Of a stretch of 64,000 nt of DNA, positions 39,598 through 49,699 are shown piece by piece. Every line of letters starts with the position of its first letter. The stretch's first letter is position 1. The notes under the pieces are model-generated. The model was not told the origin of the DNA. It was given only the letters and a program-made list of their open reading frames with translations, and searched no databases. A program made the position numbers and the translations under genes. Location: assembly GCA_044229975.1 (NCBI GenBank), contig JBGARZ010000010.1, positions 318,009 to 382,008 on the forward strand, in the 5' to 3' direction. Source of the stretch: Polyangiales bacterium. GTDB lineage: Bacteria > Myxococcota_A > Polyangia > Polyangiales > Ga0077539.

Positions 39598-40605
39598 ATG
39601 CTGGCGCTTCTCCTCGACGGAACTCCTCGGCTCGTCACCGACCATCCCATCCCCGCGCGACGGGCCGGCGAGGCGCTCGTCGCGGTGCGCGTCGCGGGCG
39701 TCTGCGACACCGACCTCGGCCTCGTGCGCGGCTACATGAACTACCGCGGCGTGCTGGGTCACGAGTTCGTGGGGACCGTCACCGCCTGCGACGACCCCGC
39801 GTGGGTGGGCCGCCGCGTGGTGGGCGACATCAACGCCGGCTGCGGCGCGTGCGAGGAGTGCAAGCTGCGCGGCGGACACCACTGCGCACGGCGCACCGTG
39901 CTCGGCATCGCGGGCCGCGACGGGGCGCTCGCCGAGGCGCTGGCGCTGCCCACGCGGGGGTTGTGCGAGGTTCCCGATGTGGTGAGCGACGACGCGGCGG
40001 TGTTCGCCGAGCCGCTCGCTGCGGCGCTGCACGTCGCCGAGGAGTTCACCGGGGCGCGAGCGCGAACGGGTGGTGCGCGCGGCGTGGTGGTGCTCGGTGA
40101 CGGCAAGCTCGGGCTGCTCATCGCCCTCGCGCTGAAGGCGCTCGGGGAGGACGTGACCCTGGTGGGGCGCCACGAGGCGAAGCTCGCCATTGCGCGGGCG
40201 AAGGGCGTGCACGCGCTGCTCGAAGCCGATGCGGTGGAGCTCGATCGGGCGCCCGTGGTGGTCGAAGCGACGGGCACGGCAGGGGGATTGGGGAGGGCGC
40301 TCGCGCTGACGGCGCCGCGCGGAACGCTGGTGCTGAAGACGACGGTGCCGGAGCCGCCGACGATCGACACGTCGCGCATCGTGGTCGAAGAGATTCGCGT
40401 GGTGGGGTCGCGCTGCGGCGACATGGCGCGGGCCATCGAGGCGCTCGCGCGAGGCGAGGTGGACCCGCGGCCGTTGATCGCCGCGCGCTACCCGCTGGTG
40501 GAGGCGGAGAAGGCGCTGGAGCACGCGGGGAGGAAGGGCGTGCTGAAGGTGCTGGTGGACGTGGGCGGCGCGTGGAGGGACCGGCCGCCGAGCTTGCGGC
40601 CGTAG
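39598..40605 (+). CDS. Zinc-dependent alcohol dehydrogenase (MDR family)
   Basis: GVCDTD, GHEFVG, CGACEEC...C, GDGKLG. Confidence 0.92.
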   Translation: MLALLLDGTPRLVTDHPIPARRAGEALVAVRVAGVCDTDLGLVRGYMNYRGVLGHEFVGTVTACDDPAWVGRRVVGDINAGCGACEECKLRGGHHCARRTVLGIAGRDGALAEALALPTRGLCEVPDVVSDDAAVFAEPLAAALHVAEEFTGARARTGGARGVVVLGDGKLGLLIALALKALGEDVTLVGRHEAKLAIARAKGVHALLEADAVELDRAPVVVEATGTAGGLGRALALTAPRGTLVLKTTVPEPPTIDTSRIVVEEIRVVGSRCGDMARAIEALARGEVDPRPLIAARYPLVEAEKALEHAGRKGVLKVLVDVGGAWRDRPPSLRP

Positions 40606-40609
40606 ACGA

Positions 40610-42520
40610 GTGGGCCCGCGCGCGCGCTCGTCGCTCGTCCTCGAACGCACCCTCGGCGACGGCGCGTGGCGGCTCCCTTCCGGGACGACCCACCTGCTGA
40701 CGACGCACGATGAGCGGTGGCTCCGGGTCGTCTCCCAACGGGACGGTGCCAGCGAGGTGGCGCTCGTGGATGTGCACACCGGGTGCGAGCTCGTGAGTCG
40801 CACCTTCACGACACCGAGAGTGAGCAGCGTCGCCGTGTCCCGCGACGGGAGCGTGTTTGCTCTCGCCCACAACCAGGGGACCGTGAGCCTGCGGGAGGGA
40901 CGGAGCGACGCCCTGATCCGCGAGGTGGAGGGCGTCGAGAACCCGAGCGTCGTCCCGTCGCTCGCGCTCGACGGCAGCGGGTCTCGGCTGCTCATCTGGA
41001 ACACCAGCCGCGAGCCGGAGCGGAGCGGTGTGTTCGTCTTCGACGTGGCGACGGGCGAGCGCCTGCTGCGGGCGCCGGTTCCGGCTCACGCGGCGCTCTC
41101 GCTCGACGGGATGACCCTCGTTGGCAGCCTCGAAGACCCGCGCCGCGTGGCCTCCTGGGATCTGTCGGGCGCGGAGCCTCGTGCGCTGTGCTCGGTGACG
41201 ACGCGCGGCTGGGCGTGGCAGTACGCGCTCGCGCCCGACGGCGACGTGGTGTTTGGAACCTCGGAGGGCGAGGTGCGGCGGTGGTCTCCGCGCGAGGGCA
41301 TCACCCGCTGGGTGCGCGACGACATCCAGCGCGGCGTTCAAGGGCTGTGCATGAGCACGGACGGCGCGAGGGTCGTCCTGGCGACGGGCTACGGTCCGCC
41401 GGACGACGTCTGCGTGCTCGATGGGCGCACCGGCGAGACCCTGCTCACGCGTACCATCAACGGTGGCAGCAGGCTCGCCCTGGCGGCGGATGGGAGCTGG
41501 TTTGCCTCCATCGAGTCGGGCCTGCTCGCGGTGACGGCGCTGCCCGGCGGCGAGCGGATCGACCGTCCGTCGGGGCACGTCGGGCCCGTGCAAGCGCTGA
41601 CGTTCACGCCCGACGGGCGCGGCGTGGTGAGCGCCGCGAGCGACGGCGTCCGCGTCTGGGACCTCGACGCCGGCGACACCCGCTGGACCCTCGAACCGCC
41701 GGCTCCGGTCGAGTCCCTGGTGGTGACGCCCGACGGCCGGACGCTCGTCGCGCTCTGCCTTGGGTCGAGCGTCCTCGCGTGGGACCTCGCGACCGGCGCT
41801 GAGCGCTCGCGCTCGCGCACGCCGATCTACTCGGAGTGCACCCCGATCACGGTGAGCCCGGACGCGCGCTACGTGCTCTGGGCCACGCCGCGGCTCCTCT
41901 TTGCGTGGGATGACGGCCGGCGCGACGCGACGCTCTGGGCCTGGGACCTGTCGTCACGCGACCCCGTGGAGGTGCTCGGTCGCTCCATCGCGAGGGGCGG
42001 CGCGCTGCACGTCGGCGTGACGCGCGATGGCAGCCACGCCGTGCTGTTCACGGGCGCGAGGCCGTGGAAGGTCGACCTGAGCAAGCTGCGACGGGTGGGG
42101 CGGGGGCGTGTTCCGGGGCGCGGTCGGCTCGTCGGGGCGGACCTCGATGGCGACGTGGCCGTGGGGCTCTGGGCGCTCGGGAATGCGGGGGAGGCGTACG
42201 AGCGGACGGTGTACGAGCTCAACGTCTGGGATGTGGACGCCGGGTCGACGCTCGGGAGGCCGATGCGCGTGGAGAACGCCCGGTTGATCCCGGCGTGTCA
42301 TGGCGGGCCGGTGGTGATCGCCGTGGGACGCGCCGACGGTTGCGATGGGGTCGAGCTCATCGAGGCGCGGACGCGCGACGTGGTGGGTGTCGTCGACCTG
42401 GGTCCGATGAACGATCGGGCGACGCAGGTGGTGGTCGCGCCCGATGGAGGAAGGGTCGCGGTGGGCTCGGACCGCGGCGTGGTCAGGGTGTTTCGACGAG
42501 TGTGGGGCGACGGGGGGTGA
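40610..42520 (+). CDS. WD40-repeat protein
   Basis: GHVGPVQALTFTPDG...VRVWD and related SPDG/WD repeats. Confidence 0.82.
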   Translation: MGPRARSSLVLERTLGDGAWRLPSGTTHLLTTHDERWLRVVSQRDGASEVALVDVHTGCELVSRTFTTPRVSSVAVSRDGSVFALAHNQGTVSLREGRSDALIREVEGVENPSVVPSLALDGSGSRLLIWNTSREPERSGVFVFDVATGERLLRAPVPAHAALSLDGMTLVGSLEDPRRVASWDLSGAEPRALCSVTTRGWAWQYALAPDGDVVFGTSEGEVRRWSPREGITRWVRDDIQRGVQGLCMSTDGARVVLATGYGPPDDVCVLDGRTGETLLTRTINGGSRLALAADGSWFASIESGLLAVTALPGGERIDRPSGHVGPVQALTFTPDGRGVVSAASDGVRVWDLDAGDTRWTLEPPAPVESLVVTPDGRTLVALCLGSSVLAWDLATGAERSRSRTPIYSECTPITVSPDARYVLWATPRLLFAWDDGRRDATLWAWDLSSRDPVEVLGRSIARGGALHVGVTRDGSHAVLFTGARPWKVDLSKLRRVGRGRVPGRGRLVGADLDGDVAVGLWALGNAGEAYERTVYELNVWDVDAGSTLGRPMRVENARLIPACHGGPVVIAVGRADGCDGVELIEARTRDVVGVVDLGPMNDRATQVVVAPDGGRVAVGSDRGVVRVFRRVWGDGG

Positions 42521-42563
42521 GGGCGCATTGGGTCAACGTCCGTGGAGCTGGTCGCTGCCCCGC

Positions 42564-44084
42564 TCAGCCCGGGCTGAACGGGTCCACGTCCGGCAATCCC
42601 TCGCCCGCGAACGTCGCGCTCTCCACGCCGCTCACCTGGGCGTCCTGGTAGCCGCGGTCGTCCATGTCCATCGCGAGGTTTTCGAACTTCGTCAGCTCGC
42701 GCACGAAGCGCAGCCGCACCGTGTCCGTCGGGCCGTTTCGCTGCTTGGCCACGATCACCTCCGCGATCCCGCGGTCCTCCGTGTCGCGGTTGTAGACCTC
42801 GTCGCGGTAGATGAACATCACCACGTCGGCGTCCTGCTCGATGGCGCCCGACTCGCGCAGGTCAGCCAGCATCGGGCGCTTCTCCTTGCCCGGTCGCGTC
42901 TCCGCCGCGCGGTTCAGCTGCGACAGCGCGATGATGGGCACCCCCAGCTCCTTCGCCAGCGCCTTCAACCCGCGGCTGATCTCCGAGATCTCCCGCTCGC
43001 GCGAGTCCATCTTCTCGCGGCTCGCCTTCATGAGCTGCAGGTAGTCGATGCAGATGAGCGACAGGTCGCGCTCGGCCTTCATCTTCCGCGCCTTCGAGCG
43101 CAGCTCCAGCAACGTGAGGTCACCCGAGTCGTCGATGTAGATCGGCAGCGAGTGCAGCCGGTTGGCCGCCGCCGTCAGCGACGTGAGGTCGTCCTGCGTC
43201 AGCAGGCTCGTGCGCAGCTTCGACTGGTCGACCCGTGCCTCCGAGCACATCAGACGATTGGCCAGCTCGATGCGCGGCATCTCCAGCGAGAAGAAGAGCA
43301 CCGGCTTGCCCGACGCCGCCGCCGCGTTTGCGACGATGCACATCACCAGCGACGTCTTCCCCATCGCGGGACGCGCCGCGATGATGATGAGCTGCCCCGC
43401 GTGCATGCCCGCCGTGATGCGATCGAGGTCGCGGAAGCCCGTCTCCGTCCCGCTGATGGCGGCGCCGCGCTCCAGCACCTGCTCGATGCGCTCGAAGGCT
43501 TCGAGGATCGCCTGCTCCAGCGGGATGAGCGTCGTCTTCGCCCGCTTCTGCGCCACCTCGAAGACCTTCGCCGCCGCGAAGTCGAGGAAGGCCTCGGCGT
43601 TGCCGCGCTCGCCGTAGCCGCGCGCCACGATCTCGTGCGCCACCTCGATCATGCGCCGAACGCCCGCCAGGTCGGCCACGATGCGCGCGTGCGACTCGAC
43701 GTGCGCCGTCGTCACGATCGCGTCGGTGAGCTCGCCCAGGTACTGCGCGCCGCCCACCGTGTTGATGCGCTCGCGAGCCCGTAGCTCCGCGGCCAGCGTC
43801 ACGACGTCGACGGGCTCCTTGCGCGACGCGAGCGCTTGAATCGACTCGTACAGGACCCCGTGCGCGGGGTGGTAGAAGTCCGACGGCGACACCACCGACT
43901 CGACGTTGGAGAGCGCCGCGTTGTCCAGCAGGATGGTTCCCAGCACCGCCCGCTCGGCGTCGAGGTCGTGCGGCGGAACCCTTCCCTGCGCCGCCGCCGC
44001 GGCCGACAACTGCGCCGCCGCGTGAACCAGCGCCTCCTTGGCCTCCCGCGCCTCGCCGCGCTTCTCCCGATCTGCGTATCCCAT
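42564..44084 (-). CDS. dnaB: Replicative DNA helicase
   Basis: PPHDLDAE.AVLG, ARPAMGKT, FSLEM, IDYLQL, LSQLNR, DLRESGAIEQDAD, KQRNGP. Confidence 0.97.
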   Translation of the reverse strand: MGYADREKRGEAREAKEALVHAAAQLSAAAAAQGRVPPHDLDAERAVLGTILLDNAALSNVESVVSPSDFYHPAHGVLYESIQALASRKEPVDVVTLAAELRARERINTVGGAQYLGELTDAIVTTAHVESHARIVADLAGVRRMIEVAHEIVARGYGERGNAEAFLDFAAAKVFEVAQKRAKTTLIPLEQAILEAFERIEQVLERGAAISGTETGFRDLDRITAGMHAGQLIIIAARPAMGKTSLVMCIVANAAAASGKPVLFFSLEMPRIELANRLMCSEARVDQSKLRTSLLTQDDLTSLTAAANRLHSLPIYIDDSGDLTLLELRSKARKMKAERDLSLICIDYLQLMKASREKMDSREREISEISRGLKALAKELGVPIIALSQLNRAAETRPGKEKRPMLADLRESGAIEQDADVVMFIYRDEVYNRDTEDRGIAEVIVAKQRNGPTDTVRLRFVRELTKFENLAMDMDDRGYQDAQVSGVESATFAGEGLPDVDPFSPG

Positions 44085-44164
44085 GGGTGTTCCCCACGGG
44101 CCTTAGCCCACCCGCGGGGCGGCCGAGGAGTTCTCGGCAACGGGTTGCCGGTCGGAGGGGGGCA

Positions 44165-44290
44165 GGGACGGTTTCAGCTTTTCAAGTTGTTACGAGTGGG
44201 AGCGATCGTAACAACTTGAAAAGCTGAAACCGTCCCCGCCCCGATGGACCGATGCGGACAAACCCTTGAAAACTTGAAACCGTCCCCACC
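44165..44290. repeat. Perfect 31-bp inverted repeat (44165-44195 / 44206-44236) plus a third direct copy (44265-44290)
   Basis: gggacggtttcagcttttcaagttgttacga is the exact reverse complement of tcgtaacaacttgaaaagctgaaaccgtccc; 10-nt loop. Confidence 0.92.
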
Positions 44291-44299
44291 CATCACCCG

Positions 44300-47020
44300 A
44301 TGCGCCCCACCCTGCTCCTCGCCCTCACCCTCGCGGCCTGCTCCGCTTCCCCTCCACCGCGCGGCAGCGTCCCTCCAACGCAGCCCGTGTCGGTGCCCGC
44401 CCCGGTCGCCCGCCTGCCTGCCACCGAACTGCCGCCGCCCCGCGACGACGGCCGCCTCCCGACGCTCGCCCGCCCCACCCGCTACGACCTCGACCTCACC
44501 GTCGACCCCAGCCTCCCCACCTTCGAAGGAACCGCCTCCTTCGAGCTCACCCTCCCCGAACCCACCGCCCACGTGGTGCTCCACGCCCGCGACCTCACCG
44601 TCGTCGAGGCCACGCTCACCCAGAACGGCGAGACCCACCCCGCTACCACCGCCGTCCGCCGGGCCCACGGCGCGCGCGAGGCCTCCGAAGAGCTGGTGGT
44701 CTCGCTCCCCGACTCCCTCTCGGCCGGCACGGCGCGGCTGGTGATTCGCTATCGCGGTGAGTTCAGCACCGAGCTCAGCGGGCTCTACCGGGTGCAGGTC
44801 GACGGTCGCTGGTACGCCTTCTCGGACTTCGAACCCGCCGACGCGCGCCGCGCCTTCCCCTGCTTCGACGAGCCGTCGGTGAAGGTTCCGGTGCGGGTGC
44901 GGCTGACCGTTCCGCAAGACGTTGGTGCCTTCGCCAACATGCCCGAGACCGCGCGCGAAGACGTCGCCAACACCTCGCGCCGCGTCGTCACCTTCGCCGA
45001 GACGCCGCCGCTCCCGAGCTACCTCGTGGCCTTCACCGTCGGGCCCTTCGACGTCCTCGAAGGCCCCACCTCTCCGGTCCCCATCCGCGTGCTCGCGCCC
45101 CGCGGCCGCTCCGCCCTCGGCGCCTTCGGGGCCCGCGTCGCGGGCGAACACCTCAGCATCCTCGCGCGCTACTTCGACCGGCCGTACCCCTTTCCCAAGC
45201 TCGACCTCGTCGCGGTCCCCGACTTCCAGTCGGGCGCGATGGAGAACCCCGGGCTCATCACCTTCCGCGACACCGCGCTGCTCATGGACGAGCCCCGCGC
45301 CTCGGCGCGCGTGCGCTACTACACCGCGTCGATCATCGCGCACGAGCTCGCGCACCAGTGGTTTGGCAACCTCGTCACCATGGCCTGGTGGGACGACCTC
45401 TGGCTCAACGAGGGCTTCGCCACCTGGATGGCCACCCGCGTGATGGACTCGTGGCAGCCCGCCCTCGGCGCCCGCCTCGAAGCGCTCGACAGCTCCGCCT
45501 GGGCGCGCCACACCGACGCGCTGCCCACGGCGCACGCCATCCGCCAGCGCGTGACCAGCACCGGCGACGCCATGGCCAGCTTCGACGCCACCACGTACAG
45601 CAAGGGCGCCGCCGTCATCGACATGATCGAGTCGTGGATCGGCGAGACCCCCTTCCGCGACGCCATCCGCTCGTACCTCGCGGGCCACGCGGGCGGCAAC
45701 GCCACCGCCGCCGACCTCCTCGGCGCCCTCTCCGCGAGCGCCGGTCAGGACGTCGCCCCCGTTGCCGAGAGCTTCCTCGATCAGGTGGGCGTCCCGTTGG
45801 TGCGGGCGTCGCTCGACTGCACCGCCGGGCACCCGCCGCGGGTCGCGCTCACACAGTCACGCTTCATGTTTCGCCCGCCCGCGCAGCCCGACACGACGCG
45901 GTGGCGCATCCCGGTGTGCGTGCGCTTCGACGCCACGCCGCAGCCGCGGACGCAGTGCGTGGTGCTCTCCGAGGCGAGCGCGACGGTGGCCCTCGAAGGC
46001 GCCACGCGCTGCCCCCACTGGATCGACCCCAACGCCGGCTCGCACGGTTACTACGTCGGCGCGACGGGCCCGCTCAATACGCGCGCCCTCATGCGAACGG
46101 CCGGAGCCTTGGACACCGGCGCGCGGCTCGACCTGCTGTCCAACCTGGAGGCGCAGGTCATCGCGGGGGTGTTGCCCATCACGGTGTGGCTGGAGGCGCT
46201 CACGTACCTCTCGCGCGACCCCGACGCGCACCTGCACGAGCGCGTCGCCAACAGCATGGTGACGGTGCGGCGCTGGGTGGTCGACGCGGAGAACCAGGCC
46301 GGCTTCGCGCGCTGGGTGGCGTCGGTGCTGCGCCCGCTCGCGCAGCAGCTCGGGTGGCGAACGCACCCGGGCGACTTCGACGTGCGGCGCAACGCGCGGC
46401 GGGCGGTGCTCACGTCGCTGGGGATGCTGACCGAGGACGTGGTGGCGCGGCGCTCGGCCGAGGCGCTGGCGGCGGAGTACCTGCGGGCGCCCGCGTCGGT
46501 CGAAGCGGAGATGGCGGCGGTCGCGCTGCCGGTGGCGTCGCGGCACCTGGGTGAGCAGCGCTTCGCGGCGTTGCAGGCGGCGCTACCGTCGGCGGCCACG
46601 CCGCAGGATCGCTCGCTGCTGCTGGGGTCGATGGTGAGCTTCGACGACGCGGCGCTGGTGCGTCGGGCGTGGGCGCTGAGCCTGGGCGATGGGATCCGGG
46701 TGGTGGACTTCCGCGCGCTCTTCGGTCGCTCGGACAGCAACGTGCGTCACCCGGGGATGCTGGCGGGCTGGGCGCAGGAGAACTGGGCGGCGTTTGAGCA
46801 GAGGCACGGCCGCAACGTGCGCCACCTGCTGGGGAGCGTCGGTGGGTTGTGCGAAGCGGGGGCGATCGATCGGGCGGTGGCGTTCTTCGGGCCGAGGGCG
46901 GAGGCCTTCGACGGGGGCGCGCGAAACTTCGCGCTGACGGTGGAGGGCGCGCGGCAGTGCGCGGCGGTGCGGGTGCGGTCGCGCGCGGCGGCCACGGCGT
47001 GGTTCAACGGGCGACGTTGA
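44300..47020 (+). CDS. M1 family aminopeptidase lipoprotein with ERAP1-like C-terminal domain
   Basis: Lipobox LAAC; ARRAFPCFDEP, GAMEN, HELAHQWFGN...WLNEGFA, YSKG. Confidence 0.94.
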   Translation: MRPTLLLALTLAACSASPPPRGSVPPTQPVSVPAPVARLPATELPPPRDDGRLPTLARPTRYDLDLTVDPSLPTFEGTASFELTLPEPTAHVVLHARDLTVVEATLTQNGETHPATTAVRRAHGAREASEELVVSLPDSLSAGTARLVIRYRGEFSTELSGLYRVQVDGRWYAFSDFEPADARRAFPCFDEPSVKVPVRVRLTVPQDVGAFANMPETAREDVANTSRRVVTFAETPPLPSYLVAFTVGPFDVLEGPTSPVPIRVLAPRGRSALGAFGARVAGEHLSILARYFDRPYPFPKLDLVAVPDFQSGAMENPGLITFRDTALLMDEPRASARVRYYTASIIAHELAHQWFGNLVTMAWWDDLWLNEGFATWMATRVMDSWQPALGARLEALDSSAWARHTDALPTAHAIRQRVTSTGDAMASFDATTYSKGAAVIDMIESWIGETPFRDAIRSYLAGHAGGNATAADLLGALSASAGQDVAPVAESFLDQVGVPLVRASLDCTAGHPPRVALTQSRFMFRPPAQPDTTRWRIPVCVRFDATPQPRTQCVVLSEASATVALEGATRCPHWIDPNAGSHGYYVGATGPLNTRALMRTAGALDTGARLDLLSNLEAQVIAGVLPITVWLEALTYLSRDPDAHLHERVANSMVTVRRWVVDAENQAGFARWVASVLRPLAQQLGWRTHPGDFDVRRNARRAVLTSLGMLTEDVVARRSAEALAAEYLRAPASVEAEMAAVALPVASRHLGEQRFAALQAALPSAATPQDRSLLLGSMVSFDDAALVRRAWALSLGDGIRVVDFRALFGRSDSNVRHPGMLAGWAQENWAAFEQRHGRNVRHLLGSVGGLCEAGAIDRAVAFFGPRAEAFDGGARNFALTVEGARQCAAVRVRSRAAATAWFNGRR

Positions 47021-49652
47021 TCCAGACGGAGAAGTAGCCGGCGCGCGGCCCGGCGGGCCGGTGGCTGACCACCAGGTCGCGCAGGCCGTCGCCGTCCATG
47101 TCGGCGACGGCGACGTGCGCGACGGCAAAGGCGGGGAGCTGCGCGTGGGGCGCGAGGCCGCCGCCGCAGTTGCTCGGGTGGACGTCGATGCGCGCGCCGC
47201 CGGCGTGCCAGGTCACGAGGTCGTTGCAGCCGTCGTTGGTCACCCGTCCGCCGATGATGCCCGCGAGGGTCGAGCCGATGGTGTCCGTGTTGCCCGTCGC
47301 CGTCAGCGTCGTGCCCATCAGTCGGTACACGACCGCGTCGTTGCCCGCGCGATAGGCCACCACGAGGTCGTTGGCGGCGCTGTGGGTCATCGGGAGCGCC
47401 AGCATCCGCTGCGCGCCGCGGGCGACCGGGTACGACGAGCCGATGGGGTCGATGGCGCCCGTGGCGGTGGCGGTGACCGAGAGCACCAGGTTGGCGGTGG
47501 TGTCGAGCGTGAGCACCTCGCTGCGCGCGTCGCCGCTGAAGTCGACGACCTGGACGTCGGTGAGCGTGGTTCCGGGGAAGGGGAGGGTCGCTGACACGTC
47601 GAACACGTCGCCGTTGCTCACGAGCTGCGTGAGGGTGTTGTTGTTGACGACGGCGAGGTCGGCGTAGGGGCGGCTGTCGAGCGCGCCCGCGGCGACGAGC
47701 TGGCCGGTGGGGAAGTAGGGGACGGGCGTGAGCGAGCCTTCGCGGGCGACCAGGAGCTGCGAGCGCAGGGAGGTGCGGCTGGAGACCACGAGGTCGTCGA
47801 CGTCGTCGTTGGCGAAGTTCGCGGCGAGGAGCGAGTCGGCGCTGCTGAGGCCGAGCGAGACGGTGACCGGCGGGATGGCGGTGGCGAGGGTGCGGTCGAG
47901 GCTGTGCACGTTGAGCGCCCCGCCGCAGTTGACGACGACGGTGCTGACCATCGCGCCGGAGAGGTTGCGGATCACGGCGACGTCGTCCGCGGAGGCGCAG
48001 GTGAGGATGGCCCGCGGCGCGGAGAGCAGTCCGGTGCGGTTGCCCGCGAGGAGGTGGAGGCCGTCGGCGTAGACGAGCAGGTCGTCGAAGGTGTCGCGGT
48101 TGAAGTCCCCGGCGGCCGACGCGACGACGTCACCGGGGACGGCGAAGGAGATGGGGGCAGGGGTCCCGATGAAGGGGCTGCGGAAGAGGTGCACGAGGCC
48201 GTCGCTGTCGCCCTGGATGGCGACGTCGGCGCTGGTGTCGCCGTTGAAGAGCCCCGCCGAGCCGCCGCGCACCGGGGCGCCGATCACGACGCGGCCATAG
48301 GAGATGAGGGGGGAGCGGGTGCCGGGGTTTTCGGTGAAGGTGACGCCGCCGTTGTCGACGATGAGCACGTCGCGGTCGCCGTCGCCGTTGTAGTCGCCGA
48401 CGACGAGCGCGCGCGGGACGACCCCGTCGGCCGTCGCCGCCGACGGGGTGAACGCGTACTGCCCGGCGGCGAGCGGACCGTTGATGCTGCCCTGCATCAC
48501 GCCGACCCAGTGGCCGGTGCCGGAGGCGTTGAGGGCCACGATCTCGGCGAAGCCGTCGCGGTCGAGGTCGACGGTCTCCAGGATGTCGGGGCGCACGGGC
48601 GCCGTGACCGAGAGCATGGAGTTGCCCGCGGAGCTGAAGGGGCCCGGGATCACGGTGATGTTGCTGGAGGTCGGCGCGCTGAGGACGACGTCGAGGGCGG
48701 CGGAGCCGTAGACCTGCGCGACGCGGAGGGTGGAGGCGCCGGAGACGGTTCCGAGGGGGATGGGGGGGCCGAAGCCGACCGTGCTGGAGGTGGCGGCGAA
48801 GAGGGTGACGGTGTTGCCGAGGGTGACGAGGTCGGCGCGGCCGTCGCCGTTGACGTCGGCGAGAGCGAGGGCGCGGACGGCGGCCGAGACGACCGGCGTG
48901 GCCGGGGCGAAGGTTCCGTTGCCGACGTTGCGGTAGACGTCGACGCGGCCGGTCGAGAGCGCGAGCGCGACGTCGGGAGCGCCGTCGGCGTCGATGTCGC
49001 CCGTGGCCATGGCGAGCACGCGGCTGTCGCTGCCGGGCGAGGTGACGGGCCGTCGGAAGGCGACGGTGGTGGAGGTGACCGGAACATCGACGGGAACATC
49101 GACCGGCACATCGACGCGGACATCGGCGCCAGCGTCGGTGCGGACATCGGGCGGAACATCGATGGGCGCAGGCACGTCCATCGGGCGCGGGACATCAGCG
49201 GCATCGAGCGCAGGAACATCGGCGCCCGCATCGACCAGCACATCGGGGACATCGGTCGCATCGACGATGGGGACATCGATGGTGGGGACGTCGACGATGG
49301 GGACATCGGTCTCGGAGACGACGTCGACGATGGGGACATCGGTCTCGGAGACGACGTCGGTGGCGGGTGTGTCGGTCACGTCGACGACGTCGGTGGTCGG
49401 TGCATCGGTCACGTCGACGACGTCGGTGGCGGCGTCGGTGCTGCCGACGACGACGCAGGCGCCGGGGTTGAGCGCGGTGCTGGCGTACCGCAGCCCCGAG
49501 ACGCACTCGGGCCCCGGCAGCGCGCAGTAGCCGTTGGCGCAGACGCCCGGCGGGTCGCACGAGGCGCCCTCGCGGTCGCAGCGAAACGGGGTCGGCGCGG
49601 CGCAGCTCGCGAGCGAGAGCAGGGCGGCGAGGAGGAGTGACGGTCGAAGCAC
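47004..49652 (-). CDS. FG-GAP/VCBS-repeat lipoprotein with Asp/Val/Pro/Thr-rich linker
   Basis: Lipobox LASC; many GD.NGDG..D Ca-binding loops; 3' end overlaps the convergent aminopeptidase by 17 nt. Confidence 0.88.
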   Translation of the reverse strand: MLRPSLLLAALLSLASCAAPTPFRCDREGASCDPPGVCANGYCALPGPECVSGLRYASTALNPGACVVVGSTDAATDVVDVTDAPTTDVVDVTDTPATDVVSETDVPIVDVVSETDVPIVDVPTIDVPIVDATDVPDVLVDAGADVPALDAADVPRPMDVPAPIDVPPDVRTDAGADVRVDVPVDVPVDVPVTSTTVAFRRPVTSPGSDSRVLAMATGDIDADGAPDVALALSTGRVDVYRNVGNGTFAPATPVVSAAVRALALADVNGDGRADLVTLGNTVTLFAATSSTVGFGPPIPLGTVSGASTLRVAQVYGSAALDVVLSAPTSSNITVIPGPFSSAGNSMLSVTAPVRPDILETVDLDRDGFAEIVALNASGTGHWVGVMQGSINGPLAAGQYAFTPSAATADGVVPRALVVGDYNGDGDRDVLIVDNGGVTFTENPGTRSPLISYGRVVIGAPVRGGSAGLFNGDTSADVAIQGDSDGLVHLFRSPFIGTPAPISFAVPGDVVASAAGDFNRDTFDDLLVYADGLHLLAGNRTGLLSAPRAILTCASADDVAVIRNLSGAMVSTVVVNCGGALNVHSLDRTLATAIPPVTVSLGLSSADSLLAANFANDDVDDLVVSSRTSLRSQLLVAREGSLTPVPYFPTGQLVAAGALDSRPYADLAVVNNNTLTQLVSNGDVFDVSATLPFPGTTLTDVQVVDFSGDARSEVLTLDTTANLVLSVTATATGAIDPIGSSYPVARGAQRMLALPMTHSAANDLVVAYRAGNDAVVYRLMGTTLTATGNTDTIGSTLAGIIGGRVTNDGCNDLVTWHAGGARIDVHPSNCGGGLAPHAQLPAFAVAHVAVADMDGDGLRDLVVSHRPAGPRAGYFSVWINVAR
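49262..49430. repeat. Coding 33-bp tandem repeats (DVVSETDVPIV / TDVVDVTDAPT units)
   Basis: tcgacgatggggacatcggtctcggagacgacg at 49291 and 49324, plus degenerate copies. Confidence 0.8.
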
Positions 49653-49699
49653 GGGCGCAGTCTACGACCAAGTGCGCTGTGGCATCATCGGGGCGGTCG

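Noticed and set aside
42564..44084. Intein in DnaB
   Set aside because: Normal length (506 aa) with contiguous helicase motifs
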